Below are positions 1 through 11,228 of a DNA stretch of 36,934 bases, piece by piece. The position numbers and the translations under genes were made by a program. The notes under the pieces were generated by a model that had not been told where the DNA came from, did not search any database, and was given only the letters and a program-made list of their open reading frames with translations. The stretch comes from Catajapyx aquilonaris (taxonomy: Eukaryota), in assembly GCA_000934665.2 (NCBI GenBank), contig JYFJ02001297.1, positions 62,001 to 98,934 on the forward strand, written 5' to 3'. Position 1 is the stretch's first letter, and every line of letters starts with the position of its first letter.

Positions 1-1
1 A

Positions 2-1053
2 TAATTACTCCTCGTCCAGGTTCAGGTCTTCCATAATAATTGGCATCTGCAAAGAACCGCCGACGAAGACGCATCAGCACGTGCACCGTGTTTAAACACA
101 TCGCCCTTGGCCCACTGCACATGGGAACCACTGAAAGACCTCACCTTGACCTATCCCACGGCCTTCAAATTTTTTGACCAATTCAGACACGCCGCCAAAA
201 TTGCCCGACAGCAAATTATGGAACCCGACATACACCTGTGGTATTGCGTATATCGGGTTCCATTTAAAAATTTTAAAAAATCCCACCAGGGGGCAAGAAA
301 TTTTGGAAAATACCCAGGTGTCCTTGCAGTCTTGGGTCGAATATTTGAACCCCGACCTTGAGGCCAACACGTGACAATCGCCATTTCCGGCCAGGAAGAC
401 CAGGTGCAATATTCTCACTTTTTTTTAAACTGTTTTTCCACCCTGTCAAGGACATGTCGCACGTGACGCAAAAGGACATTTAATGCCCTCCAGATTCCAA
501 TCTGATTTTTTTTTTAAATAAAAAAAAGTCAGCTTTTTGGCTTCTGATCAACTTCTAGTGGCATCAACATTACGTGTATGCGTTTGCAATTGCTATAGAT
601 CTGTACTCTCAAATGATTTACAACCATCCGAGTCTATTCATAGTGTTAAACAATAGACGCCTTTATCTCGGCCATGATTGGTCGTAGTCACACGCATTTC
701 CTCCACCGAAATTTTCCTTGGCCCACATGTAATCCGGACAAACTCTGCTTAAAAGGGATGTCGGGGGTGTCTCAAAACTGCGGGGCTTTCACCCTATCAA
801 CGTCTCTTTATGCAGATAGGCTCATCAGGCTTCTCTCTTCGCCAAAATTGGGACTCCCCAAATGATGCTTAAGGAACTTCTTATCGCCGGATTAAGGTAC
901 AGTCGCCAGCAGAAAGATGTGGGTACCGTCCACATCTTCATGTTAGCGACTGTACATCTACTTAGCCTCGGGAATTTTGCACAACCTGTCGGGTCAAGGT
1001 TGTTTTCACTTTTTCGCGAAAAAAACAATGGTTTGCAACCAAGGAAGTTATGA
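2..1053 (+). pseudogene. Possible decayed, frameshifted coding remnant (chromodomain-like and Ulp1/C48-protease-like motifs), probably mobile-element cargo
   Basis: + strand frames read protein-like across stops and frameshifts: PLAHCTWEPLKDL (chromo-like TWEPxxxL), LLINF*WHQHYVYAFAIAIDLYSQMIYNHPSL and SQNCGAFTL (loosely like Ulp1 H...ID...IYYYDSL and Q..DCG.F). AATAAA at 1131. Resemblance by eye only. Confidence 0.25.
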
Positions 1054-1929
1054 AATATCAGCAACAGGCACTTAATAATGTGATGTAAACAAACTCACGC
1101 GCGCTATACCATGCGGTCCTAGTACGCCGTAATAAATCAGCCATAATTATTGTGCCACGACCCATAATGATAACCCCCATCCAGTAAATAATAAACATTT
1201 ACAATTCACCATGCAAAAAAAAAAACTCGCAAAACTGCCAAATCCTGCTGGCTCGATTCCAAAATGGCGAATATTCTGATCTAGTCATGTCAGTCCTAAA
1301 TGTCCTGAAATGTCGGACCATAACAATCAAGATTTGCACATATCCAAGATGGCGCCTTTTTCCTGCAAAATCACGCCAAATGTATAAAAAAGGGTTGTTT
1401 TTTTTTCTCAAGGCCCTTTGGTTATGTGCAATTCAGTAGTGTCTATCAGGTTGTGACTGACATGTGCCGGTATCCACTTCCCTCGGGGGTCATACAGCGC
1501 GAAATTCACGCATGGTCAATCTGATGAAACTGACCTCTCCCTGTACGCAATTTCAGGCCTGAATCACCCGGTACTAATTGCAACGGTGTACACACCGCTG
1601 GGGAAAAACAAGTCAAACAAAGTGATGACAACAGACAAGGCCATTTTACGCTGTCCTTGTGCGGCGCAAGACAATGCACAGTGCGTGTCTAATAGAACTG
1701 GTCGATACATCGATATGGCTGGTCCATGCACCATGTTGCATTGTACTACACCATACTGACTACCAGCAGGTAACAACAGGTACCTTAAACATGGTCCGAT
1801 ACACCCGCCGTCGTTCCCAACGATCCGGTACTACAGGTACCGCATCCTGTACCACACTGGGTATTCCGCACAAAAGTGGAAAAGTGGGGTCGAGAAATGG
1901 GGAGTCCTACTCTCAAGCACGATCGATAT

Positions 1930-2960
1930 GAGACTAGTCGGGCCTTTTTCGTGTTCTCGAGGCGGCAAATGCGCAGGGCGGAAAATTAGAGGTAGTACGC
2001 ATGCGCATGTTGTTTATATGTACTAGGTCAGGTGATTTGTGCGCATGCGGAGTGTGGGTAGGATTGGTTGCTATTGGCTGGGATGATTGAATGATGGGAT
2101 GTGGTTGGTTGTTACAGGTGTGTTTGGGTGGGTGGTGTAAATTTTAAACATCTGGACCTGGCAACGCTGTGTGGATACGGCTTTTAACGGGGGCGGGACC
2201 TTTTAAACGGGCCAGGTGTTAATTTCGCGGACTAATTGTTTTGCAGGGTTTTACATATTAGGGTGGAGTTTTAAATTAATGCAAAACATGCCTGGCGAGG
2301 TGCTTGCGATGGGTACTACCACGGGCACTGTACAATGCGGTACGATGTCGCATATGTTTAAATTTTATAAAATGTCATTATTGCGAATATATGTACAGGC
2401 GATCAACTAATATTGCGAACGTTTTCTCGTAATTGTCAGCTATTTGGTCGAAGTGTATAATCGGAGATTTTCACTAATTTTCATTTATGCGAACGGCCCG
2501 ATCGGGGCCGATACTGTATATATAAGTGATGAATTTGATTGCAGAACTTACGCATTTGCAGAATTATTATAGCGTACTCCTATATGGCTTGTCTATGTAT
2601 GGCGCTCACTGGCAGGTATCCAGCTCGTCTCATTCCTTGTCAAACATATCAGACACGGTATTACGGTACGTACCTTCATTTGCATGTCTAAAGTCCCGGC
2701 ACACCCTCCGCACACGACTTCAACTCTTCCCCAGACGAAAACCCGTCCCCCTATATTTTTAAACCGCAACTGGACACCACCTTTTAAAAGCCACAAGCCC
2801 ACAGCACTCGCATTGTACGCACTAGTTACGCAATTTCTTCTCCACGATGCCGCAGACTTGTCGGCGCCAAGGAGCCATTCGCACCTTGGAGGCTGATCCG
2901 CCATCTTGGATCCCTCCGCCATAAAGTAGTCCACATTAATTCAGCTTTTATCATGGTAAA
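1930..2960. promoter_or_regulatory. Candidate (bidirectional) housekeeping-type promoter region
   Basis: NRF1-like GCGCATGCG at ~1997-2009 and 2040-2049; ATTGG (CCAAT) at 2063 and 2073; GC box ~2189; octamer ATTTGCAT 2678; YY1-like CCGCCATCTTGG 2898-2909; possible donor ATG|GTAAAT after 2955; strand-skew switch near 2900. Confidence 0.35.
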
Positions 2961-4212
2961 TGACACGGCCCGGATTTAACTAAGCACTGGGTTTAGCACA
3001 ACAGGTGGTTATGCAAATTTAGAGATAGTTTTGGCTTATTTCGGAGGACCTTTTAGGCCAGGTTTCAGATTGCTAGTGCGCTGGGTGAAGGTGGGTGAAT
3101 AGGTTGGGTCTAAACATAGGTTTTTCCAGACAGTACGGGCTTGGACGCTGTTAGTTGGACTGCTAATTTGTGATGATATCGTGACCTGTAGCCAGGAGAG
3201 TAGGAGGTCTGGATAAGGAAAGAGGTAAAGTGGTTCAGGGTTGAGTTATGAAAAGAGGTTGTTGTAAGGACCACCCCTTTTTGTAGCAAGTTCTTGGTAT
3301 TGGTGTTGAAACACTGCAGAGTGTGGTAAGGGATGCATTTAGGGTATGGCTGTTTTTGTCAGGCTCAAGGAGCCGGAAGTTGACCAGGATCTGGAGGCAG
3401 TCTGGGCACTTGGGTCGTGACAGCTGTAAGCCTGATTTGTATGAGTGAGGCTGCTCGTGTAAGGGTAATCACATTTATTTCAGTGCTGAGGTGGTAATGT
3501 GGAAGGTGAGAGTTAAAACTGCATAAAAATGAGCGTTAATTTAATTAGATAGTTATTTTTCATTGGGTATTGCAACAGTGCAAGCCAACCTGTCACATTA
3601 AGGTGCCATATAAAACAAAGCGATGGCAAGTAGGTGGGCTCTTGTTTTTTGATGGAATGCCAGAGGGTTAAAACCATGGTTGCATTTTCAGTGTGCTGTG
3701 TGTACCTGAAATGTGCTCACTTTCATCTTGATGGAAGTATCATGTACACTCGATGGTTCCCTTACTAAGCATTGATCCTGTCCGCCTGAAAGAGAGGGGA
3801 ATGTAGAAATTTTAAATCCACTATACAGGCAAGTATGGCAGATACACTCTGACACAGGAGTGCCACCGTGATGCCGACAAGTCTCGGAGATTTCCGCTGG
3901 GGTGAATGTGAGCTCAATTCTGAAACAGTAGAGAATCTGGTGAGATAAAGGTGCATTTTTTGTGGGGGAAATTGCTTTGCTATATCAGTTGTGTTCAGGC
4001 TGACCAAATCAGTAGTTGTCCCATGTGCCAGGTTCACAATTCCTGTGCAGCCATGTGCACCCTTTTACCCCTAGTATTGTATTACTCGGCATGTTGTGGC
4101 ATGCATGGCTGGTGGAAAGGGGGGTGAACAGATTTTAGATAATGCATGTCTAGGGGTTATACCACATGCTGGTATAAGGTGCTGGGGTGCACCATTATAC
4201 AGGGTGTTTTAA

Positions 4213-4831
4213 CACTTAACCACCAACGTGGGGTATTTTTCTACCGCACAATGTAGTTAATACCATCGCGATTAATAAATTTGGTATGAAATGAAAAATG
4301 GCACGCCTATATTCCTCAGACATACTTTCTTCGATCCAAAGAAAATTTCTGACATCAGTAGAATTTTTTTTTGCGGAGTTACCGGTACTTTTCTGCTGCT
4401 AAGCGTCCCTGTGGGGTCCAGCTACACCCCACATCGTAGCCAATGTACATAATTTCTTAGAGAGCACATCACAGCAAAATTGTATTTTATAAAGTGTGAG
4501 TGTTGATATTCAGCAATAAATATTGCTCGGAACTAAAATCTTGCAGACCCTGCAGCTGGGAATGTTTGCGTTATAAGCCATTACTTACGGCATCGAACTG
4601 GAAGGCTACGAAGGTGCGATAACGGAGTCTCAGGTCCCTTATGACTCAACTAATGGTCACAGGAGATCGATTTTTTTTACACATACAGATGAGAATACAG
4701 GCCGAATTTAGCGCGGAAGAATGGCTTTAGTGCTATTAAGGCAAATTTTTTAAAAAATGAAAACCGCGTGGGGTGGAAAAATACCCCACGTCGTAGCCAA
4801 TGTGTGGCAGATTCACGTTGGTGGTTAAGTG
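4213..4831. mobile_element. piggyBac-type MITE (TTAA TSD)
   Basis: 18-bp perfect TIR CACTTAACCACCAACGTG/CACGTTGGTGGTTAAGTG, TTAA at 4209-4212 and 4832-4835. It appears to interrupt a TA-CAGGGTGTTTTAA Tc1/mariner-like end starting at 4200. Confidence 0.8.
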
Positions 4832-4882
4832 TTAAAACTGTGTGTACAAATTTTAATGGGAGATAGAAAACACCAAACCTAT

Positions 4883-4935
4883 TTTGTCAATGAATGTACA
4901 CTGAAGTCATCCTTCAGTGTACATTCATTGACAAA
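4883..4935. repeat. Perfect 24-bp-stem hairpin, 5-nt loop
   Basis: TTTGTCAATGAATGTACACTGAAG-tcatc-CTTCAGTGTACATTCATTGACAAA. Confidence 0.9.
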
Positions 4936-5098
4936 GAGTGTAATGTTTGGAGGCACTGCATTTGGCTAGAGAAGCAAAACGGGAACAGATTGGATCTGTG
5001 TTTGCAGTCAGCATTCATAAATCGGACACAGCGCAGGTAACATGGGCCTGTTTTACGATTGCTGAAATGGCATTGACTCAGAGGAAGTCCTGGTGTAA

Positions 5099-5414
5099 AC
5101 CGAAGCAGTAGTGGTGTAGTGGTATGGTGTCCGACTGCTAATCGGGAGGTCCTGGGTTCGAATCCCGGAGGCCGGCGACCCTGACCATGGTTTTCTGTGG
5201 TTTCCCATGGTCCTTGCAGGATAATTCCGGGGTCGTTACCGTAATATAGGCCACAGCCGCCTCCTTCCTTCCCTTTCCCTGCTTCATTCCGGTGATAAGA
5301 AAAATAGTAAAAATTGGAAGAGTTCCAGACAAAAAATTGGGAGAAATCCCCCCCTAGGAAAGCCCGTAGGCTGATAATGGGGTATCAAATTATCAAATTA
5401 TTATTATTATTATT
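5099..5414 (+). mobile_element. tRNA-derived SINE, family 1
   Basis: A box TGGTGTAGTGG, B box GGTTCGAATCC, core GGTTTTCTGTGGTTTCCC, (TTA)n tail, 14-bp TSD AAGTCCTGGTGTAA (5085-5098 / 5415-5428); homologous to 36270-36581. Confidence 0.88.
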
Positions 5415-5953
5415 AAGTCCTGGTGTAACAATCACTATCACCCTTGCAGCTGTTAATGAATTGCTGTATAACTTCTCATACTACTCATGCAGTGTGGGAC
5501 TATTTTTAGGAAACAATTAGATCATGAGGTTGTTAAATAAACTCAGCCGAAGTGTAGAAATGCAAATTTCTGGGAACCTAGGTTTAACAGTGAATTCAAG
5601 AGCGGTCAGTGAAACCCTGGGTGGGAAGGGTTGCATATACTTCCCCTCTGAACCTTGAAGCTATTTCTTGCAAGGAACGAGGCTAGGGAAGACCTCCCTC
5701 TGGGCCATTGGATTGAGTGCATAAACATAACACTATCTGAAGGAGCCCAAATGCTATTGGACTGCAGAAAGGTAACTTATTTCAGAAGGGTGAGAGTAGG
5801 CCCAGCTGGAGGGAGTGGAGAGGGGGGGACCCAAGCCACAGGGATATTTAATGACATATTGGTTTTTTGTTTTGTTTCAAGGCCACTACATTACCTGAAT
5901 GCCACCCACTTGAACCCAATGTGATAACTGAGGGCTATAAGAGGGTCTGAAAC

Positions 5954-6112
5954 GGGCAGTGTAGTGGTTAGCGCCACAGCCTTCTGACCTCTAAGGTTCC
6001 GAGTTTGATCCCCAGATCGGACAGAAGATACTTATGTGGATAGAGTTTGGATGGGTTCTCTCTCTCCATGTTTGCATGGGGTTTCTCAGGGTTCTCCTGT
6101 TTCCTCCCACAT
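5954..6112 (+). mobile_element. tRNA-derived SINE, family 2 (V-domain-like core), 3' part degraded
   Basis: Head GGGCAGTGTAGTGGTTAGCGCCACAG...GAGTTTGATCCC; core GTGGATAGAGTTTG...GGGTTTCTCAGGGTTCTCCTGTTTCCTCCCACA resembles the V-SINE central domain; homologous to 14983-15259. Confidence 0.75.
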
Positions 6113-6211
6113 GGGAAAACCCATCGGAGCTGATGTGCTCTTTTGTCAAGTGCATGACATATGACAACTTGGGTGTTTCTGAGCCTCTTATTGCCCTCAG
6201 TTATTGCATTA

Positions 6212-6424
6212 AGGCCGGTATCGACATGCGAGTTCCTCGTATGCGAGTCCTCTTACGCGAGAAATCTTGTATGTCGAGACGGACTCTTTGTCGCCTCAGG
6301 GCCCCTCTTGTCCCTTGAAAAGGGGATTAAAGTTGAAAATTTTCCTCTTTTCCTCGTTCCTCGTATCCGGGCATGCGCAGTTGGCTCCTCGTATGCGAGA
6401 AAACTTGTACGTGGGTACCGGCCT
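6212..6424. mobile_element. PIF/Harbinger-type MITE (TTA TSD)
   Basis: TIR AGGCCGGTA/TACCGGCCT, TTA at 6209-6211 and 6425-6427, internal repeated CTCGTATGCGAG. Confidence 0.7.
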
Positions 6425-6585
6425 TTAGGTTGTCCAGGGTTTGTGGTATTCACATAAGGCCATGGGTGGGATCTGCCTTACAACAGAAAACACTATGTAC
6501 TTGGTGTTTAAATTGACTTGTCTGTTTTACTTAGTGACTTTTTGGCACTTACAGTTAGCAGCATATTTATAGGCAGTTACTTTAA

Positions 6586-7441
6586 CCTTTTGTCTCCGCA
6601 GCCATGTTGGTCGTATCATCATACGACCAAACAAAATATATATTTAAAAAAAGAAAAACTGGTATGACCCCGACGGAAATTTCTTTCACCATAGCCTTAA
6701 GTAACTATTCTAGTTTCTATGTTCATGAGTATTTACCCCACTCGAGTGATAATTTTAATGGATTGACATCATAGGCCAAAGATCTCATTCATTGTCAACA
6801 AACGCTAACTGCACGAATTAAAATACACACAGCTCCCTGCCGTATATTTCCCGGTAAGTGGACATGCAACTGAAAACCATTTAAAAATTCCCAAAATTCT
6901 GCGACTTACTTTTTGCCAGGGGAAAAATCAGAATGATCTGTCAAGGGTAGGCAAACTCCCCCAGCGCCATTGCAGCCATGAAAGTGGCCTCACTCCTAAT
7001 TGGCCAGGCAGACAACTCCGAGCTCTAGTCAGTGGCCGCCTGCCACCTGACCCGTCTTTTGTTGCACCTGGTGGCTCACATTATCTCCTTTTAAACCGGA
7101 CTTTAAAAAAAAAAATTAACTGGACATGTTTTCATAATTCATCAGAGGGACTGGGCAATCATATAGAATTATCTTGGATTTTTTCGAGGGGTGGAAGCCG
7201 CCTTCAAAAACCCGCGTAGATGTCGTAATAGGATGACGGCACCTTCTCATACATAGCATATGGGGCGGTAGATGGCTCTCTCAAAATGAAACTTGGGTTT
7301 GTAGGTCTCGGACGCTTCAGCCCCATCTTGTGCATGAATAGAGAGCGAAACCAATGGTGCCAGGATCCAGTGATTTTCACCTAGGGCGCTACTTTTAAAC
7401 CCCCGGCCAAACAGTGCAGAATCCAGTGGGAGACAAAGGGG
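6586..7441. mobile_element. piggyBac-type non-autonomous element (TTAA TSD)
   Basis: TTAA-CCTTTTGTCTCC ... GGAGACAAAGGGG-TTAA (TTAA 6582-6585, 7442-7445). Confidence 0.7.
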
Positions 7442-7659
7442 TTAATATTGTTACTTTTAGTGGTTAGCAAACTTATTAGTTGCTTGGACACAGCCTTTTA
7501 AATTCCTGTAAGGGAGGTCTGACCTGTAAAAGTCGTGATGTACTATGCCAATTGTTCCAATCAGAAATTCATTGCAATTTAGCTCTTAAACCAATGATTC
7601 AATTTTTTAAAAGTTTTTTTAATGCTACCCCATTATAATATATAATAATATTGGGTTTA

Positions 7660-7906
7660 GTGCACCCATGGGCTTCTGGCACAGTACCTTTATTTGCTTC
7701 GTAGTACAAGCTACTACAGGTTGGTCTTTTTACCGTAATGCCCAGGTACCGCGAGCGTTAGGGAGGGTGACAGGAGGGGATGTGCAAGGTGCAGTGCAGT
7801 ACAGTTGCTGAGGTCACTTTGTGAACTCCCCCAGGTGGATTAGTCTATTGGAAATACCACCCAAGACAAAGTCAGAGATGGCATTAAACTCTGCACGAGA
7901 TTGGGG
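7660..7906 (-). mobile_element. SINE family 3, partial copy (ends at an N)
   Basis: Strong similarity to 12765-12885 (GTGCAGTGCA...GTGAACTCCCCC.GGTGG.TTAGTCTAT..GAAATACCACCC.AGACAAAG.CAGAGATG...TTAAACTCTGCAC). Left boundary approximate. Confidence 0.65.
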
Positions 7907-8059
7907 NGGGCTGCTTGGCGGGGCCTCCCACACTACCTCATTAGAGAGAACGAAACTCTTTTAGTGGGGTGGAGAACACCGTAAATTCAATTTTCTTATA
8001 TTTTTACTTCAAATCTGGTGCAAGGAAGAAAGGACATGGGGTTAGGACGGGGGTTTTTT

Positions 8060-8263
8060 GGGGAGGAGACGCAGGTGCAGGTGCAATGTCGGAAAAGGGG
8101 TCATGTGCAGTCTCCCTGGAGGTTAGGTTGCCAGACACCTCCCAAGGTGCTGGTCAGAGACCCTCCTCACTCAGGCGAAAGGGAACTCCCGGGTGGGGTT
8201 CGAACTCAGGACCTTTCACACAGCAACCCGAGACATTACTGTCTTGGCCACCATGCCTCCCCC
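8060..8263 (-). mobile_element. tRNA-derived SINE, family 4
   Basis: Minus-strand head GGGGGAGGCATGGTGGCCAAG..., B box GAGTTCGAACC; homologous to 29491-29705. Confidence 0.75.
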
Positions 8264-8364
8264 ATTGATTCAGTTCAGTTTAATATTAGCAGCAACACTT
8301 TTGATAATCACTAAACTAACTGCTCCCATGTACGAGTAACTGCTTAAAAACAATTGGCTTAGAT

Positions 8365-9235
8365 CAGTGCTTCCCAATTTCTTTCGTTGGTGACCCCAAA
8401 AAATCGTCTCATAAAATTTGCGACCCCCTATATGGGCACATTTCGATCCACAGACATGAAAAGACAGGTAAACAGTGAAATGACCTTACCTTATGATCAT
8501 AATTTTCAAGAAAGGACATGGGTTAACTCCTTATGTAAAAGTTGCGCAGTTGGATTTTGCTCAAATTTGGTCAGTTGATAAAGCTCGACCCCAGGGTCAA
8601 TTTCTCTGAAGGACGAAGAAAATCTACCGTGCCGTTTGGCAGCTAGAGGCCCTCAAAGTCGGACTTTCACGAACTTTCAGGTGGCTCCTATCAGGCTAAT
8701 TTTCATGTATGTTGTAGAGTTTCATGAGCTGAGTCGAATGAGCCATGTGGCAATTTTCTATGACAAACCATTTGGCAGTTATTGTTACGTTGCACTTACA
8801 ATCCTAGTCCCGTACAGTAGATACAGTAGATACGGTAGGTGCAAAATCCGTTGTTGAACTCTGTTACGCATCTAGCCGCCAAATGGTTTGTCGCAGAAAA
8901 TCGCCACATGGCTCATTCGACTCAGCTCATGAAACTCTACAACATACATGAAAACGAGCCCGATAGGAGCCACCATGAAAGTCCGACTTTGAGCGCCTCT
9001 AGCGGCCAAACCGCACGGTAGATTGTCTTCGTCCTTCAGAGAAATTGACCCTGGGGTCGAGCTTCATCAACTGACCAAATTTGAGCAAAATCCAACAGCG
9101 CAACTTTTACATAAGGAGTTAACCCATGTCCTTTGGCATAATTTTATGAAAATAATTTGTAACCTTCCGTCGCGACCCCAAATATTATTGTCGCAACCCC
9201 AAATGGGGTCGCGACCCACAGTTTGGGAAGCACTG
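8365..9235. mobile_element. hAT (Charlie/Buster-like) MITE hosting a nested foldback
   Basis: TIR CAGTGCTTCCCAA/TTGGGAAGCACTG, 8-bp TSD GCTTAGAT/GCTTAGAG, GCGACCCC subterminal motifs. Confidence 0.8.
8511..9134. mobile_element. Foldback (near-palindromic) element, family B, copy 1
   Basis: Ends AAAGGACATGGGTTAACTCC / GGAGTTAACCCATGTCCTTT with ~260-bp inverted arms; second copy at 18676-19298. Confidence 0.85.
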
Positions 9236-11088
9236 GCTTAGAGCGGGAAAAAAAATCACCAAAACAGGACTCCCTGTGCATCATTCTGTACGAAAGCATT
9301 TTCTCTTTTGTAATTGGAACCATCTGACCGATGCATTATTTTATAAGTATATTAACACATAAGAATTCAGGTGTTTTCACCTGATGCCCAGATGCCATGG
9401 TTTGGGGAAATAAGGCCTAAGATGTTTCAAGCTATGTTCTTGCCCTAGGGAATGGTAAGCAGTTATTTTGGACTGCTACAAATAACAATTCTTTGATTAC
9501 CGGCACTGCTAAAATAATAAGCTGAATTTTTGTATCTAGTGTTACTTCTGAGTGGGACCACCCTGCATATTTCCACTCTTAGATTGTTAATGGGTCCTAT
9601 GAATCATAAGCATTTCTTGACCAATTCTTGTGTTTGTTGCCAGTATAAAATGAGGTCAACCAGCATGCCGGTATAACCCGGGGGTGGCCAGCATTCTGCA
9701 ATAACCGAGGTAGATTTCCATCATTTTGATCCTTGACAATTTTTTTGAATGCGTCTGGTACTGTACTAAAATAATGTTACTGCTAAAAATGTGCGAGTAC
9801 AGGCATACAGGGCTGTAAGAATATGCAAGTTCATCTGTTGTACATGGCATAGAGCCATAGAATGTGACCAATCCCATACTCACACTCAGCTTTCTGTGAG
9901 AGGGAAATCCCCCTAAACATTACAAAGGACCCAGGCAAATTCCTTCAATAGTTCGATGGTCACAGATCTTGTTGACAATCAGAGGATCACTTTGTGTAGT
10001 GGTATAAATTTGTCTGAGAATCCTCGTTACTCATAATAAAATCTGAACTTAACGTATGAAATATCTTCGTAGGTATACTTCCTTTCTTGCAGACTTGCAC
10101 TTTTAATTGAAAATCTTGCCATATTTGAACTTAACGCACAATCTTCTGGGATGTCAGCCAATAGAAGTGACCTGGGCTGTATCCACACCACAGAACATGG
10201 TTTAACCTGTTGAGGGCCACGGGCCTCATATGAGGGTCTGCGGATGTTTGAATTTGGCGCACTGAAATATGCACAGAGAATTCCAACTTTGCGGTTCCAA
10301 ATTCGGTTCAATATACTCCTGGCATCTCTTGGATGGTGGCTAAACTACCATGACCCTCCCACAATGCACTGGGGGGGAGCCAAGCTGAGTCGAACATGCC
10401 AAGGAGTTTCTCATAGTACAGTGTTGTGGTAATATTATGCAACCATAATACGTAACAGTGTATAGTGACTATGTAAACTCGGTAGGCCTATTGACGTTCT
10501 GAGAGCCAGACGATCATTTAAAAAATATTTCTGGGACACTCTGTAGATGAATATTTTCCATCATTTTACATTCAAAAGGACCACCACGAATTAAAATGAT
10601 TAATTTTGGTGCGAAGTTGTTATTCATTAATGTCACTTCTACATCGAAAAAAGAAAAAAAAAACCAAATAACAACAAATAAAACCTGGCCCTCAACAGGT
10701 TAATGCATTCATTTGAGTAATAATTTTCGCATAGATCGTGATAATGCTGAGCTTAAGAAAACCTCACCTTATGCTAGCATACGTCACTTAGATGGGCATA
10801 CCGGTATAGCCACAAGATTGTACATTTCTAAAAACTGGTTGACCTCGACTACACCGGCATGCTGCTCTAAGTGAGGTAATACGGTAATGATATTTACCAT
10901 AGATTTTTAGTTTGTTTGCTGGATAATGTCTGTTATATTTCTTTGCAAGACATATCGGTAGTTTTTCAGAGTTGTGTTTGTAACTTGTGTTTTTGGCAAT
11001 GCACGGATAATAGTCGGCAACATGGATTATCATGAGTACAGTGTTAGTTGACCAATGCCACTAGGCCGGGCACACTGTATTTCATGTA

Positions 11089-11228
11089 TCAACGGTTCAA
11101 AAAGAATTGTCCCTCGCGTCGAGCAGGCAGCCACGCGTCAGGATGAAAGCAACCAGATAACTGGTTCCTTTCATCCTGACGCGTGGCTGCCCGCTCAACG
11201 CGAGGGACAATTCTTTTTGGATTGATGA
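11089..11228. mobile_element. Short foldback MITE (TA TSD, Tc1/mariner-type)
   Basis: ~68-bp arms around a 4-nt ATAA loop (11157-11160), TA at 11087-11088 and 11229-11230. Confidence 0.8.

Noticed and set aside
1435..1440. AGTAGT as a Polinton/Maverick terminus
   Set aside because: No long TIR partner, and wrong orientation relative to the left-edge remnant.
5099..5175. tRNA gene calls at A/B-box sequences (5099, 5954, 8263, 12957, 15259, 24607, 36270)
   Set aside because: They continue into shared SINE bodies, several with tails and TSDs; these are SINE heads, not tRNA genes.
9650..10440. Coding-looking stretch with several short ORFs
   Set aside because: No recognisable motif in the frames I examined; cannot support a call without a database search.
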